From assembly GCA_024102635.1 (NCBI GenBank), contig JAGFJO010000136.1, positions 17,133 to 81,132 of the forward strand: 64,000 nt of DNA, in the 5' to 3' direction. Under the pieces are notes generated by a model. That model was not told the origin of the DNA and searched no databases. It saw only the letters and a list, made by a program, of their open reading frames with translations. Of this stretch, positions 16,867 to 25,866 are shown in pieces. Position numbers and translations under genes: made by a program. The first letter of the stretch is position 1, and every line of letters begins with the position of its first letter. Origin of the DNA: Deltaproteobacteria bacterium. Lineage in GTDB: Bacteria; Bdellovibrionota_C; UBA2361; JAGFJO01.

Positions 16867-18126
16867 TTATAGCGCGATAATCGAATATCTACGGATATTA
16901 TCTAGAAGCTCATCTTTCTTCGAGACGCTAACGGTGCAAGCACCTGCGTGAGGGTGACAAGCGTCGGAAAAGCCGCCAGCCTGAGCTGCGGCTTTTGGAA
17001 GAATCTCCGCAACACTAGGCCTCTCGCCGCGCTTAATTGAAGAGAGGAGCTTCGCATCAACCCGAACCGATACTTTAAGATCATCAAGCTTTATAGGCCC
17101 AAGTCCGGGAATCATGGGCGAAATGGGTTGGAATCCGACCAGATATTTTCCGCCCGGAGCGAGGCCCTCGCTTATAAGCCGCTCACATATAAGGCCGACG
17201 GTCTTGACGCCGTAGCCTATAAATCGATCCTCTGTCTCGAAAGCAGCTATGTTGCCAGATTCTGTAAAAGTCACATCTTTGCTGAAAGCCTGATAGTCTT
17301 TTTCGAACTGGTCAAGATACTGCCGGGCGGCAAAGACAAAGGGCTCCGAAAACCCCTGCTGAATACCTTTGATGGCAATATCAGGTCCGCCCTTCAGATA
17401 CCCGAAAGAGCCGAGCGCATCGACGAACCGGGTGACAAGCTGCGCTTCCTTCCGTCCGCCGGTTTCAATCCAGTAATTACTGTCGTACCCGAAAGCGCCT
17501 AGCCCTTTGTACTTTTCAAATACTGCGCCGTTTACTCCATAAAGGAGCCCGCGCCGGTCAAACATCTTGTCTCCCAAGGCACCGAGCAGCGCGGCGCTGC
17601 TTAGGTCGGTATTATAGTCGTGAAGCGCCATGCTGAATATAAAGCAGATTACACTGGATGAGCACTCGCCTCCCTCTAGGCCGCTCGAAGTACAATTTAG
17701 CAGATGAATGTTTGTATCATTTGATGGCGTTATTGAGTGATGATCCAAGACAAAGACAGGGGAACCGTTCACATTGAGGCGGCTAATCTCAGGGAGCATT
17801 CCCGAGGCAAAATCAGCAAACAGGAATAGAGAGGTTGCATCAAGCTCCTTGAAAAGCCTATCCAGCACTGCCGGATAAGGCTTTTCCAGGGCATACCCTG
17901 AGTACGGCACCTGCGCTCGCTCGAACGTTTTAAACAGTATGGCTGCCGAGCTTAGCCCGTCGCAGTCGTTGTGATGCAGTACCACCACCCGGCTTTGTCG
18001 CGCATCCAAAAAAGTCCGAGTGACGCGCGCAACCTGCTCTTCAAACCGCCTAATTGCGCTCACGGCGTCACTACCTCCAATCCGCTTACGTCCCCTCTCA
18101 GCACCCGCTCTCTCAGATGGAGCCAT
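16867..18126 (-). CDS. DHH/DHHA1 family phosphoesterase
   Basis: 'VLHHNDCDGLSSAAIL' and 'VFVLDHH' motifs. GTG at 18063 gives a GTGA overlap with the stop of the upstream kinase gene and is the more likely start. Confidence 0.7.
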   Translation of the reverse strand: MAPSERAGAERGRKRIGGSDAVSAIRRFEEQVARVTRTFLDARQSRVVVLHHNDCDGLSSAAILFKTFERAQVPYSGYALEKPYPAVLDRLFKELDATSLFLFADFASGMLPEISRLNVNGSPVFVLDHHSITPSNDTNIHLLNCTSSGLEGGECSSSVICFIFSMALHDYNTDLSSAALLGALGDKMFDRRGLLYGVNGAVFEKYKGLGAFGYDSNYWIETGGRKEAQLVTRFVDALGSFGYLKGGPDIAIKGIQQGFSEPFVFAARQYLDQFEKDYQAFSKDVTFTESGNIAAFETEDRFIGYGVKTVGLICERLISEGLAPGGKYLVGFQPISPMIPGLGPIKLDDLKVSVRVDAKLLSSIKRGERPSVAEILPKAAAQAGGFSDACHPHAGACTVSVSKKDELLDNIRRYSIIAL

Positions 18127-19514
18127 TTCTTATACCGCTCGCTAACATTTTCCCGAGGTAAAAACATGGCCTCTACCTCGTCTCTAGTCAGTTTCAGCGG
18201 CTCCCCGCCCCTCTCTATTGCGGAGATCGCCGCCAATCCCGCTCCGATCGCCGTAGTCTCACTCTGCGAAGCCCTCCTTACCGGTACCTCAAGCAAGTTT
18301 GATATATATTGCAATAGATAGTCACTACCTGAAACTCCGCCCGACACAAGAAGGCCTTCGGTACCGCTTGCAACCTCATTGCGAATAGCAAGGTCGAAGA
18401 ATGGCGTTAAGAGAAAGTGCGCTATGTTCTCAACTAACGCCCGCGCCTTAGCAGCCGCCGGGACTTCACCGTCACTAAATGCGCATTGAGCCGGTCCGGT
18501 CCAATCAGGGCTTGCAACTCCGCCGAGTGGAAAAAACGCTGTCGCCTCCGTTGGTGCAGCGGATGCGCAGAGCTGGTCAATTTCCTTTAAGCTGGAAACG
18601 CTGAAAGTTTTCATAATGTAATCTATAACCGCTTTGCATGAGTTACTAATGCCCTCGATCATGAATTTGCGAATACGGGCGCTTGCATTCTCTTGCGAAT
18701 AAAACACGCTGCTTGCGTAGCCCTTTTTATGATTAAGTTTGGCACCGGTCATTAGAGTCAGAGATGCAATTGTGCCCAAATTCAGAAGTGTCCTCTCGCA
18801 TTGAGAGTAAGCTGCATAAAGCGCGGACTGCTGATCTCCGAGCATAGCGGCAATGGGCACTCCTTCAAACGTGAAGTGCGTCCCTAAACTAGGCGTAATC
18901 TGCGGCAGCCTGCTCAAGTTCACTTTGAATAGAGAGCATAGCTCGTCGCTCCATCCCCCCTCCTTGAGAGAGTAAAGCATGGTGCGCGCCGCCATAGTGT
19001 CTTCGCTCAGAAATACCTGCCCAGAAGAAGCGTGGTAGGCAAAAAACGCATCGAGCGTTCCCACTATAGCATCGGGAAAAGCGGACTGCAGATAAGCTAT
19101 CTTCGGGGCGGCATAATGGGGTGAAACTGGAATTTTACACTTATCTCCAATTAGGTCATGGTGATCCTTAAGGCGCATGATTTCGCCCGCAAACCTTTTA
19201 TCGGCCCAGCTTATCACGGGATGCACCGGTTTGGCGGTTCCCCGCTCCCAAGCACAAACACTGCTGCGCTGAGTCGCAAACCCTGCCCCTTTGATGCAGT
19301 ATCCGTTTTTGCCGGCCCAATCGGCAGCCTGATGCCATACGGCCTTGACAGAGCTCCACAATTCTTCGGCATCCTGCTCGACTACATCACTATCAACTCT
19401 TGGAGGAGTTATTCTTTCTGCAAACAGCTTAAGCAGTTCACCAGATCGGGTAACAAGCGCTCCTTTGGTACCTGAACTACCCTGATCAATTCCTAAATAG
19501 ACCTTCTCTGCCAT
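18060..19514 (-). CDS. FGGY family carbohydrate kinase
   Basis: 'YLGIDQGSSGTKGALV' N-terminal phosphate loop, C-terminal 'GGVSGSDYLLQYISNLLEVPV', and a length of 484 aa. Confidence 0.8.
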   Translation of the reverse strand: MAEKVYLGIDQGSSGTKGALVTRSGELLKLFAERITPPRVDSDVVEQDAEELWSSVKAVWHQAADWAGKNGYCIKGAGFATQRSSVCAWERGTAKPVHPVISWADKRFAGEIMRLKDHHDLIGDKCKIPVSPHYAAPKIAYLQSAFPDAIVGTLDAFFAYHASSGQVFLSEDTMAARTMLYSLKEGGWSDELCSLFKVNLSRLPQITPSLGTHFTFEGVPIAAMLGDQQSALYAAYSQCERTLLNLGTIASLTLMTGAKLNHKKGYASSVFYSQENASARIRKFMIEGISNSCKAVIDYIMKTFSVSSLKEIDQLCASAAPTEATAFFPLGGVASPDWTGPAQCAFSDGEVPAAAKARALVENIAHFLLTPFFDLAIRNEVASGTEGLLVSGGVSGSDYLLQYISNLLEVPVRRASQSETTAIGAGLAAISAIERGGEPLKLTRDEVEAMFLPRENVSERYKKWLHLRERVLRGDVSGLEVVTP

Positions 19515-19518
19515 GCCG

Positions 19519-20361
19519 CTATATAAATGTCGGGTTTACGGGCCGGCTGATTGCGCCGCACTCAAAGCCCCGCTCTAGAAGAAAACGGATTGCTTCCCGT
19601 CCGTCCTCTCCAAGCGATACGCTGCGATCATTTACATACCATGAAACAAAGCGGTCCAGGTGCTCGGCGGAAAGTCCCCTTCTGAATTCGGAGGCAAAAC
19701 GCAGGGCCTCTGGGCGATGTTCAAGACCGTATTGTATGCTTCGAGCGACCAGCTCTTTCACGCCACCTAAGGTTTCACTGCCGAGGGCCAGGCTGGCGGC
19801 ATTTAGCCCCAGGGGAAGAAGCCGTCCGTACTGTTTGAACCACCACTCCCCCAGGTTCACTTCACATATCATACCGTGTTCTTTGTGGGTAAGCTGGCCC
19901 TCATGAATAAGTATCCCGCCATCTACCTTGCCTTCTAAAATGAACTTTTGGACATCGTCGAAGTTAACAGGGACCAGTTCGGATTCCGCGCCGATATCAT
20001 GCAGAAAGATCTGAAGAGCCAAGGCTGCTGTAGTCAGCGCACCCGGAACCGCAATGCGCGGAGTTTTGCTCCAGATAATCGGGCGCGAGGCGGCGAGCAC
20101 CGGGCCATAGTCGGAACCGGCAAAGGAGCTTCCCGCATCCAGTACACAATAGCGATCGTCAAGGTAAGCAATGGCGTGCGCAGAGATTGCGGTAACGTCA
20201 AGCTGCTCGTTGCGCGCGCGATTATTCAAGGACTCTACATCGCTAGTATGCAGCGATATTTTATACCGCACATCCTTCACATGCCCCTCTGCAATTGCAA
20301 AGAACATAAAGGCATCGTCAGCGTCCGGAGAGTGGTAAATACTTATCGCTCTAGGGTGCAT
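19519..20361 (-). CDS. MqnA/MqnD-type periplasmic-binding-fold protein (futalosine-pathway family)
   Basis: 'IYHSPDADDAFMFFAI' resembles the 'SPCPNDTF' N-terminus of the MqnA/MqnD family. The length is about 280 aa. Confidence 0.5.
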   Translation of the reverse strand: MHPRAISIYHSPDADDAFMFFAIAEGHVKDVRYKISLHTSDVESLNNRARNEQLDVTAISAHAIAYLDDRYCVLDAGSSFAGSDYGPVLAASRPIIWSKTPRIAVPGALTTAALALQIFLHDIGAESELVPVNFDDVQKFILEGKVDGGILIHEGQLTHKEHGMICEVNLGEWWFKQYGRLLPLGLNAASLALGSETLGGVKELVARSIQYGLEHRPEALRFASEFRRGLSAEHLDRFVSWYVNDRSVSLGEDGREAIRFLLERGFECGAISRPVNPTFI

Positions 20362-20499
20362 TGGATCACGTATTAAAAAAGCATTGTGAAGGTCAAAGTA
20401 TTTCTATTCGCGCAGGATAGCAAGCGCCGCCGGAACCTTTCAGCCGTAGTCATCAGCGCATACAGCTGCTATATTTCCGAATGCAAATCCGGTTTTTAC

Positions 20500-21705
20500 A
20501 TGACTGAACTGTTTAGATTAATCGCCTGCTCGGCCATCATAGTACTGGTCCATCATATTCTCTCACCAATAGAAGTGTCATCCGAACCGATTGAAGGTGT
20601 TCTTCAAGAGAGGGGGCTTTTATATAGTGAACCGGAAGCCCCTGCCCTGGAAGAGATATACTATGAGAGAGGAATTACTTGGCGATATCCCTCTGCCGGG
20701 GTCAGTGCAAATCTTAATCTCCTATTACAAAATGGATACTTTTATTACGACCATGACAGTGTGGATCAAAAAAGTGACCAATCGAGCTTTGATCTTCATG
20801 AAGCGCGCTTGATATTCTCCGGCACATCTCAGTATGAAGAGTTCCGCTACCTGCTTGAAGCGAATTTAGCGCCGAGTGATGGTGCAAGCCAAGCCCCGCT
20901 CTTGGAAGATGCATATATTATATGGGGTCCGTGCCTATGCTCATTTGCAAAGCTTGGCCAGTTCCAGACTCCCTATGGCCGGGAGAGGCAGAGTCCAGAG
21001 GTAGGGCTGCAATTCGTTGAATATGCAATCGCCTCCGATATTTTCAATCGTGGTCCGCAGGCAGGCCTTTACGGGCAATATAACTTCCTTGACGATCGTA
21101 TCATCACCAGTGCATCTTTATTCAACGGCGATAGCACAGGCGAGGGGCATAACTTATCAGCCACCGATACCAAGCACCTAGCATTATGTGCGATCAGGAC
21201 CGCTCCTCTCGGACGCATCAATCCATTTGAGGAGGGCGACCTTCACCACTCGGAGAACACCTCCCTTTCTTTTGCGCTGACTTATGGCTATGAACAATCA
21301 GAGAACTCTGTGACCGGCCTGGATTTCAAATCTCACCTTGCAAACCTTGATGTTACCTTTAAACTGCGGGGAGTGAGCCTTAGCGGTGAAGTTATGGTAG
21401 AGAAGCAAGACACCGCTTTGGATTCTCATAATCCATACGGCTTCTACTTGCAGGGAGGTATTTTCGTAGTACCTACGCGCCTTGAGGCTGCAGGACGATT
21501 TAGCCAGGTCGAGTGTGACGGTTCTTTCCTTGATGGGTGCGGCGGAAGCGACAGAGTGCGCCAGGCCACTGCGGGAATTAACTACTATTTCTGGGAGCAC
21601 AACGTGAAGCTGCTACTTAACTTCGAGCGGCGCACAAGTGATATGACTGAAGGAGGTTCGCTTGATTCGAATCGAATCATGTTTTTGAGCAGCATTTATC
21701 TTTAG
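20500..21705 (+). CDS. Phosphate-selective porin O/P family outer-membrane protein
   Basis: 'LHEARLIFSG', 'GINYYFWEHNVKLLLNFE' and an alternating beta-strand pattern. I chose the start at ATG 20500 ('MTELFRLIACSAIIVL'). The track start is GTG 20386. Confidence 0.7.
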   Translation: MTELFRLIACSAIIVLVHHILSPIEVSSEPIEGVLQERGLLYSEPEAPALEEIYYERGITWRYPSAGVSANLNLLLQNGYFYYDHDSVDQKSDQSSFDLHEARLIFSGTSQYEEFRYLLEANLAPSDGASQAPLLEDAYIIWGPCLCSFAKLGQFQTPYGRERQSPEVGLQFVEYAIASDIFNRGPQAGLYGQYNFLDDRIITSASLFNGDSTGEGHNLSATDTKHLALCAIRTAPLGRINPFEEGDLHHSENTSLSFALTYGYEQSENSVTGLDFKSHLANLDVTFKLRGVSLSGEVMVEKQDTALDSHNPYGFYLQGGIFVVPTRLEAAGRFSQVECDGSFLDGCGGSDRVRQATAGINYYFWEHNVKLLLNFERRTSDMTEGGSLDSNRIMFLSSIYL

Positions 21706-21731
21706 AGGAGGCCTTTACCGGCAGACTATCA

Positions 21732-22580
21732 TTGAAGTTGTTTAGATATAAAAGGAGCGGCGCCACTTCTCCCGGCATCATGATTGAAGGCAGGCACTTT
21801 GATGTTTCGGATAGCGGCTTTGATTATGATCCGGATTTTTTCTCTGCTGGGGGAAGCGCGCTGCTTAAGGAGTGGTTTCAAAAGAATCGCTCGAGTTGCC
21901 GTGAAATTACCGGCTCAATTCACTTCGACTCCTGTATTACAAGGCCGGGTAAAATAGTTTGTATCGGGCTTAACTTCCGCGATCATGCTCTTGAGACCGG
22001 CGCTAAGATCCCCGCGGAGCCGGTTATATTTATGAAAGCACCTTCAGCGCTTTGCGGCGTCTCGGATGATCTTGTGCTGCCCAGAAATTCTGAGAAGACC
22101 GATTGGGAGGTGGAGTTTTCATTTGTAATAGGGACAAAGGGAGCTTACGTGGCCGCTGATTCCGCACTTGATCACGTAGCGGGATTCGCTCTCTTTAATG
22201 ACTATAGTGAAAGGCACTTCCAGAAGGAGCGAGGCGGGCAGTGGACCAAAGGAAAGAGTTGTGACACCTTCGCGCCTATCGGCCCTTACCTTGTAACGGC
22301 AGAAGAGCTTCGGTACCCTCGGCCACTTTCAATGTGGCTTAAAGTCAACGGAGAGACTATGCAGAGCTCGAGTACGGCGGAGATGATATTCGACGTGCCT
22401 TATCTCATCAGCTACATAACTCAGTTTATGTCACTTCTCCCTGGGGATATCGTCACGACCGGGACACCGGCAGGTGTAGGGCTTGCACGTGACCGATTTT
22501 TACGCGACGGCGATAAAGTTGAGTATGGTATTGAAGGATTAGGCGAAGCGAGCCAGGTTGTTAGATCAACAGAACGTTAG
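21732..22580 (+). CDS. Fumarylacetoacetate hydrolase (FAH) family protein
   Basis: 'KIVCIGLNFRDHA' and 'GDIVTTGTPAGVG'. Confidence 0.85.
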   Translation: MKLFRYKRSGATSPGIMIEGRHFDVSDSGFDYDPDFFSAGGSALLKEWFQKNRSSCREITGSIHFDSCITRPGKIVCIGLNFRDHALETGAKIPAEPVIFMKAPSALCGVSDDLVLPRNSEKTDWEVEFSFVIGTKGAYVAADSALDHVAGFALFNDYSERHFQKERGGQWTKGKSCDTFAPIGPYLVTAEELRYPRPLSMWLKVNGETMQSSSTAEMIFDVPYLISYITQFMSLLPGDIVTTGTPAGVGLARDRFLRDGDKVEYGIEGLGEASQVVRSTER

Positions 22581-22660
22581 ATTAACTGGGCGTAAGATCA
22601 ACAGGGCGTTACGTCGGCTAACGTGTGGGAGTAGAAAGAAGAGAACTTGACAATCGAGGT

Positions 22661-22696
22661 AAATAATATCGCGAGGTCTCCCTCGCGATATTATTT
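22661..22696. terminator. Perfect 16-bp hairpin between convergent genes (bidirectional terminator)
   Basis: 'AAATAATATCGCGAGG' TCTC 'CCTCGCGATATTATTT'. A/T runs flank both sides. Confidence 0.75.
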
Positions 22697-22778
22697 CTCA
22701 GATGATGGATCCACGCCGTCTATTCGATAGCCTAATAAACTATCAACCTTACAACGGAGAAGGACGGCGATTCTTACG

Positions 22779-23042
22779 CTAGGCTATATCGCGACCCATC
22801 ACGGTCTTGCGGCCCGACTTTCTGGCGCTCTCGATACCGCCATTGATAGCTTCCACTACCTTACGTGTAAGAGCATCAATGCAGCACTGGCTGGTATTTA
22901 GACCTGCCCGTGATCGAACCAGTTTCTTGACCTTAGACACAACCACCAATGTCTCCGCGTCGGACGTGTCAGTTACGACCGATGAAGCGACAGCAGTCTC
23001 TGCTGACTGGATTTCACTACTGTTATCCATAGGCACCTCCAA
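22779..23042 (-). CDS. Histone-fold (DUF1931-like singlet) DNA-binding protein with an N-terminal tail
   Basis: 'LVVVSKVKKLVRSRAGLNTSQCCIDALTRKVVEAINGGIESARKSGRKTVMGRDIA' aligns by eye to the alpha1-L1-alpha2-L2 region of archaeal HMfB ('...IKLARHAGRKTIKAEDI...'). A 30-aa acidic, Ser/Thr-rich N-terminal extension precedes it. Confidence 0.7.
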   Translation of the reverse strand: MEVPMDNSSEIQSAETAVASSVVTDTSDAETLVVVSKVKKLVRSRAGLNTSQCCIDALTRKVVEAINGGIESARKSGRKTVMGRDIA

Positions 23043-23310
23043 AAGGTTTTGTTCGAGGCTTTGGGGAGCAATGGCAAAACCATCGCTCCTTTAGACGTTC
23101 GAGACGATATCATTAAATATATCGATAGCAACCACATTACAAACTATTTCGGGCCACAATCGAGCGAAAGGCTATCAGTTTGATATCACTTTGATAATTG
23201 CATACTTGAACAGCTCTATATTGATTCTAATAGGCAAATTAAGAGGGTCTATAAGAAATCTTAACCGTTGGGCATATGCCGGCAATCTAATTATGTATTA
23301 GGTTTAGACT

Positions 23311-23787
23311 ATGAAAAAAGCACTTCTACAGCTCTTAGTGATCCTTGGCCTTGCAGCTATTGACTGTGAGGGAGCGCACGCCGCCCGTCAGTATCGCTGT
23401 AACGGTATGATTCAATATCGCCCCTGTCTTGCCGAGTCAGCTACTCCCCGGGCCGGCTTTCGCGCTCTTGAACAGGCTCAAAGAAAGGCCATAATTTCGG
23501 CTAGACACGGAAGCGCTGTCCCTGCCACGGCAAGTAATTTCACATTCGCAAAAATTGTTAAAGCATCCTACAAGCGCTTGTCGAGCGTTTCCGGGCAGTG
23601 GCGCGGAATAGTGGAAGGAAACGGGAATATCAAGCTGACGCTTCACATCATAAGAAACGGCGCTATTGAATCGACACGGTTTATGGGGCAGATTGCGCTC
23701 CGCAATAAGAAGACCTCCTTCAATTTTGTAAGTGCTCCGCCTGCGGGAAAAGGTTGGACATATACAATTATCGCCGCAGCATCTTAG
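23311..23787 (+). CDS. Secreted hypothetical protein
   Basis: Signal peptide 'MKKALLQLLVILGLAAIDCEGAHA'. No known motif. Confidence 0.55.
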   Translation: MKKALLQLLVILGLAAIDCEGAHAARQYRCNGMIQYRPCLAESATPRAGFRALEQAQRKAIISARHGSAVPATASNFTFAKIVKASYKRLSSVSGQWRGIVEGNGNIKLTLHIIRNGAIESTRFMGQIALRNKKTSFNFVSAPPAGKGWTYTIIAAAS

Positions 23788-23937
23788 CCGGCTAAACTAC
23801 TCCCATAATTATCACTTTCTAGCTCTCCTGCCTCCGGATGTAAGACCGATACGGCTATGCCACATAGGAACCTAGAGCGGTAATAACATTTGGTGACATT
23901 TTGAAAAGTCACCGTTCTATCGCACTTAGGGGGTTTT

Positions 23938-24630
23938 ATGAAGAGATTACCGGTTCTTGCACTATTATTTGCAGTTCTCGCCTTTCCGCTAAACGCAACC
24001 GCTCAATTTGGCGGAGGCTTCGGCGGTGGAGGATTCGGCCAACACAATACACCAGATAAGTTAGCCGAAGGCGCTAGCCTTGGCGGCTGGGTCCGCATGG
24101 ATCAGGTATACAATCGCGTCTGGGCGGATAGCTGCGATTTCCGATTCGAACTGGAAAGTCAATCCCCAGACGAGGGAGTCCTCACCTACATTACTCCGAC
24201 TTTCATCCAATTTAGTAATGCTAACGCAGACGCTATCGCCATGAGTGCCTCCTTAGGTGCCGGTGATATAGACAGATTGGCCTCCAAACATTTAATAGAT
24301 CCGAGAAAACTGCAGTATGCTAAGGGTGTCTACGCATCGCCTATCCTGAACGGAAAGCTTACCGTTGAAATTGCAGGTGATGGCTTTCATCGCGCTGTTA
24401 GTTCTTATACGTACAGTGACGGGAAATCGTGGAAACAGAACGAATTTGACATTAGCAAATTCGTCACCGTCCTTGTGCGTTGCTCAAATGGAATTGCACC
24501 CCGAATAAAAGTGGCTGAGGAGTCGTTACAAAAGCACTCTGAAAATCTTGTGCGGGTCGAGGACTCGATTTCAAGAATTTATCAGATGCTTAGACAAGCC
24601 ATCATCACGATGAGGCGTAGCTCCAGATAA
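23938..24630 (+). CDS. Secreted hypothetical protein with a Gly/Phe-rich N-terminal patch
   Basis: Signal peptide 'MKRLPVLALLFAVLAFPLNATA' followed by 'QFGGGFGGGGFGQ'. Confidence 0.55.
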   Translation: MKRLPVLALLFAVLAFPLNATAQFGGGFGGGGFGQHNTPDKLAEGASLGGWVRMDQVYNRVWADSCDFRFELESQSPDEGVLTYITPTFIQFSNANADAIAMSASLGAGDIDRLASKHLIDPRKLQYAKGVYASPILNGKLTVEIAGDGFHRAVSSYTYSDGKSWKQNEFDISKFVTVLVRCSNGIAPRIKVAEESLQKHSENLVRVEDSISRIYQMLRQAIITMRRSSR

Positions 24631-24666
24631 TCTAAAATTGTTATCGATAGTGTGCCGGCTGAGGAG

Positions 24667-25662
24667 TTAGTACCGGCGGCTGAGAAGCTCTCCGCCGTTT
24701 TTATCTAAAAACTTTATTGAGTACCTGACAGGACTACCGAGCTTTATAGTCAGAAGCCCGAAGTTATGCTGACTATAAATAGTGGCGGTGCTGAAGGGCT
24801 CTTCGGCGCGAGCTCCTTTGCCCGCTGGCCAGGCCGTGAGTGGTGAGGAGGTAAACTCTAAAAGGCGCTTGCCGCTATGCTTTCTTTCTAAGATCTGCAG
24901 ATAGTGTTTATCGCCCGACAAAATAACCGGCGTAATCGGAGACATCGACAAAACATCCAATACCTTTTCTCTTTCCGCCGGGAAGAGACTGGCACTTTCT
25001 CCGGAACGGCCACCATTCAGAATTTGTCCGGCACTTGCGATAACGGCTGCCTTTAGCCCCGGTGCTGAGAGCTGCCGCTGAATCCAATCAAGCTGCTCTT
25101 GACCGAATAGCACACCGGCGCGGCCGGAAGCCGGATTCAATCGATATGTGCGATCGTCGGTTAGCAGAATGAGAAGCTCTCCGATTCGAATTGAGTGAGC
25201 TATGCCGAGGCCGGGAGAAGTTCCCGGCAGCTTTGATGAACGCCAAAAACGGTCGAAGGCATCTCGTGAAGCTTTTGAGTGAGCGAACGAACTGTCGCTG
25301 TTATCGGGCCCAAAATCGTGATCGCTCCAGATCGAAAAAGTCGGTATCGAACTTAACAGCCGCCGTACGGAAGGCGAACTGAACTGCCCTTTATAACGGT
25401 TATATATAGCTGTAGCGTTTCCGAACTCAGCTTCGCCCAAATAGACATTATCTCCTAAAAAAATCATAAGGTCGGGTCTCTCAGCGAGTATGGCGCTCCA
25501 GATAGATTGGTCCTGGCCTGAAATACATGAACCAAAAGCGATTTTAAGAGTCTCTCTCCCCTCAAGGCCGGAGATCTCTGTAACTATCTTCGAAGTATCC
25601 GCGTGCGCCGGCAAACTATGCCACGCTAAGGCGAAATAAATGAACACCATCGCTAAACGCAT
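24667..25662 (-). CDS. PhoD-like alkaline phosphatase/metallophosphatase
   Basis: 'MIFLGDNVY', 'WSDHDFGPDN' and 'LSGDKHY', with a signal peptide. Confidence 0.8.
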   Translation of the reverse strand: MRLAMVFIYFALAWHSLPAHADTSKIVTEISGLEGRETLKIAFGSCISGQDQSIWSAILAERPDLMIFLGDNVYLGEAEFGNATAIYNRYKGQFSSPSVRRLLSSIPTFSIWSDHDFGPDNSDSSFAHSKASRDAFDRFWRSSKLPGTSPGLGIAHSIRIGELLILLTDDRTYRLNPASGRAGVLFGQEQLDWIQRQLSAPGLKAAVIASAGQILNGGRSGESASLFPAEREKVLDVLSMSPITPVILSGDKHYLQILERKHSGKRLLEFTSSPLTAWPAGKGARAEEPFSTATIYSQHNFGLLTIKLGSPVRYSIKFLDKNGGELLSRRY

Positions 25663-25866
25663 TAAGTGGTCTCTCTTCGTGAATCAGCGCCAAGCCCCAT
25701 CGCTCCGCCCCCTCTCCGGTTAGCACTCGCTTGCTTGACTACTAGATCCATTCGATTAGAATAAATGTTAGTTGTATCTTTAGCGAGCTGGCGCGAATTT
25801 GCTTTTTTTGCCGAACCTCGACTCTCACCCCTCCACTAACCTGCTATCCTGTGCTATGCTGGCCCG

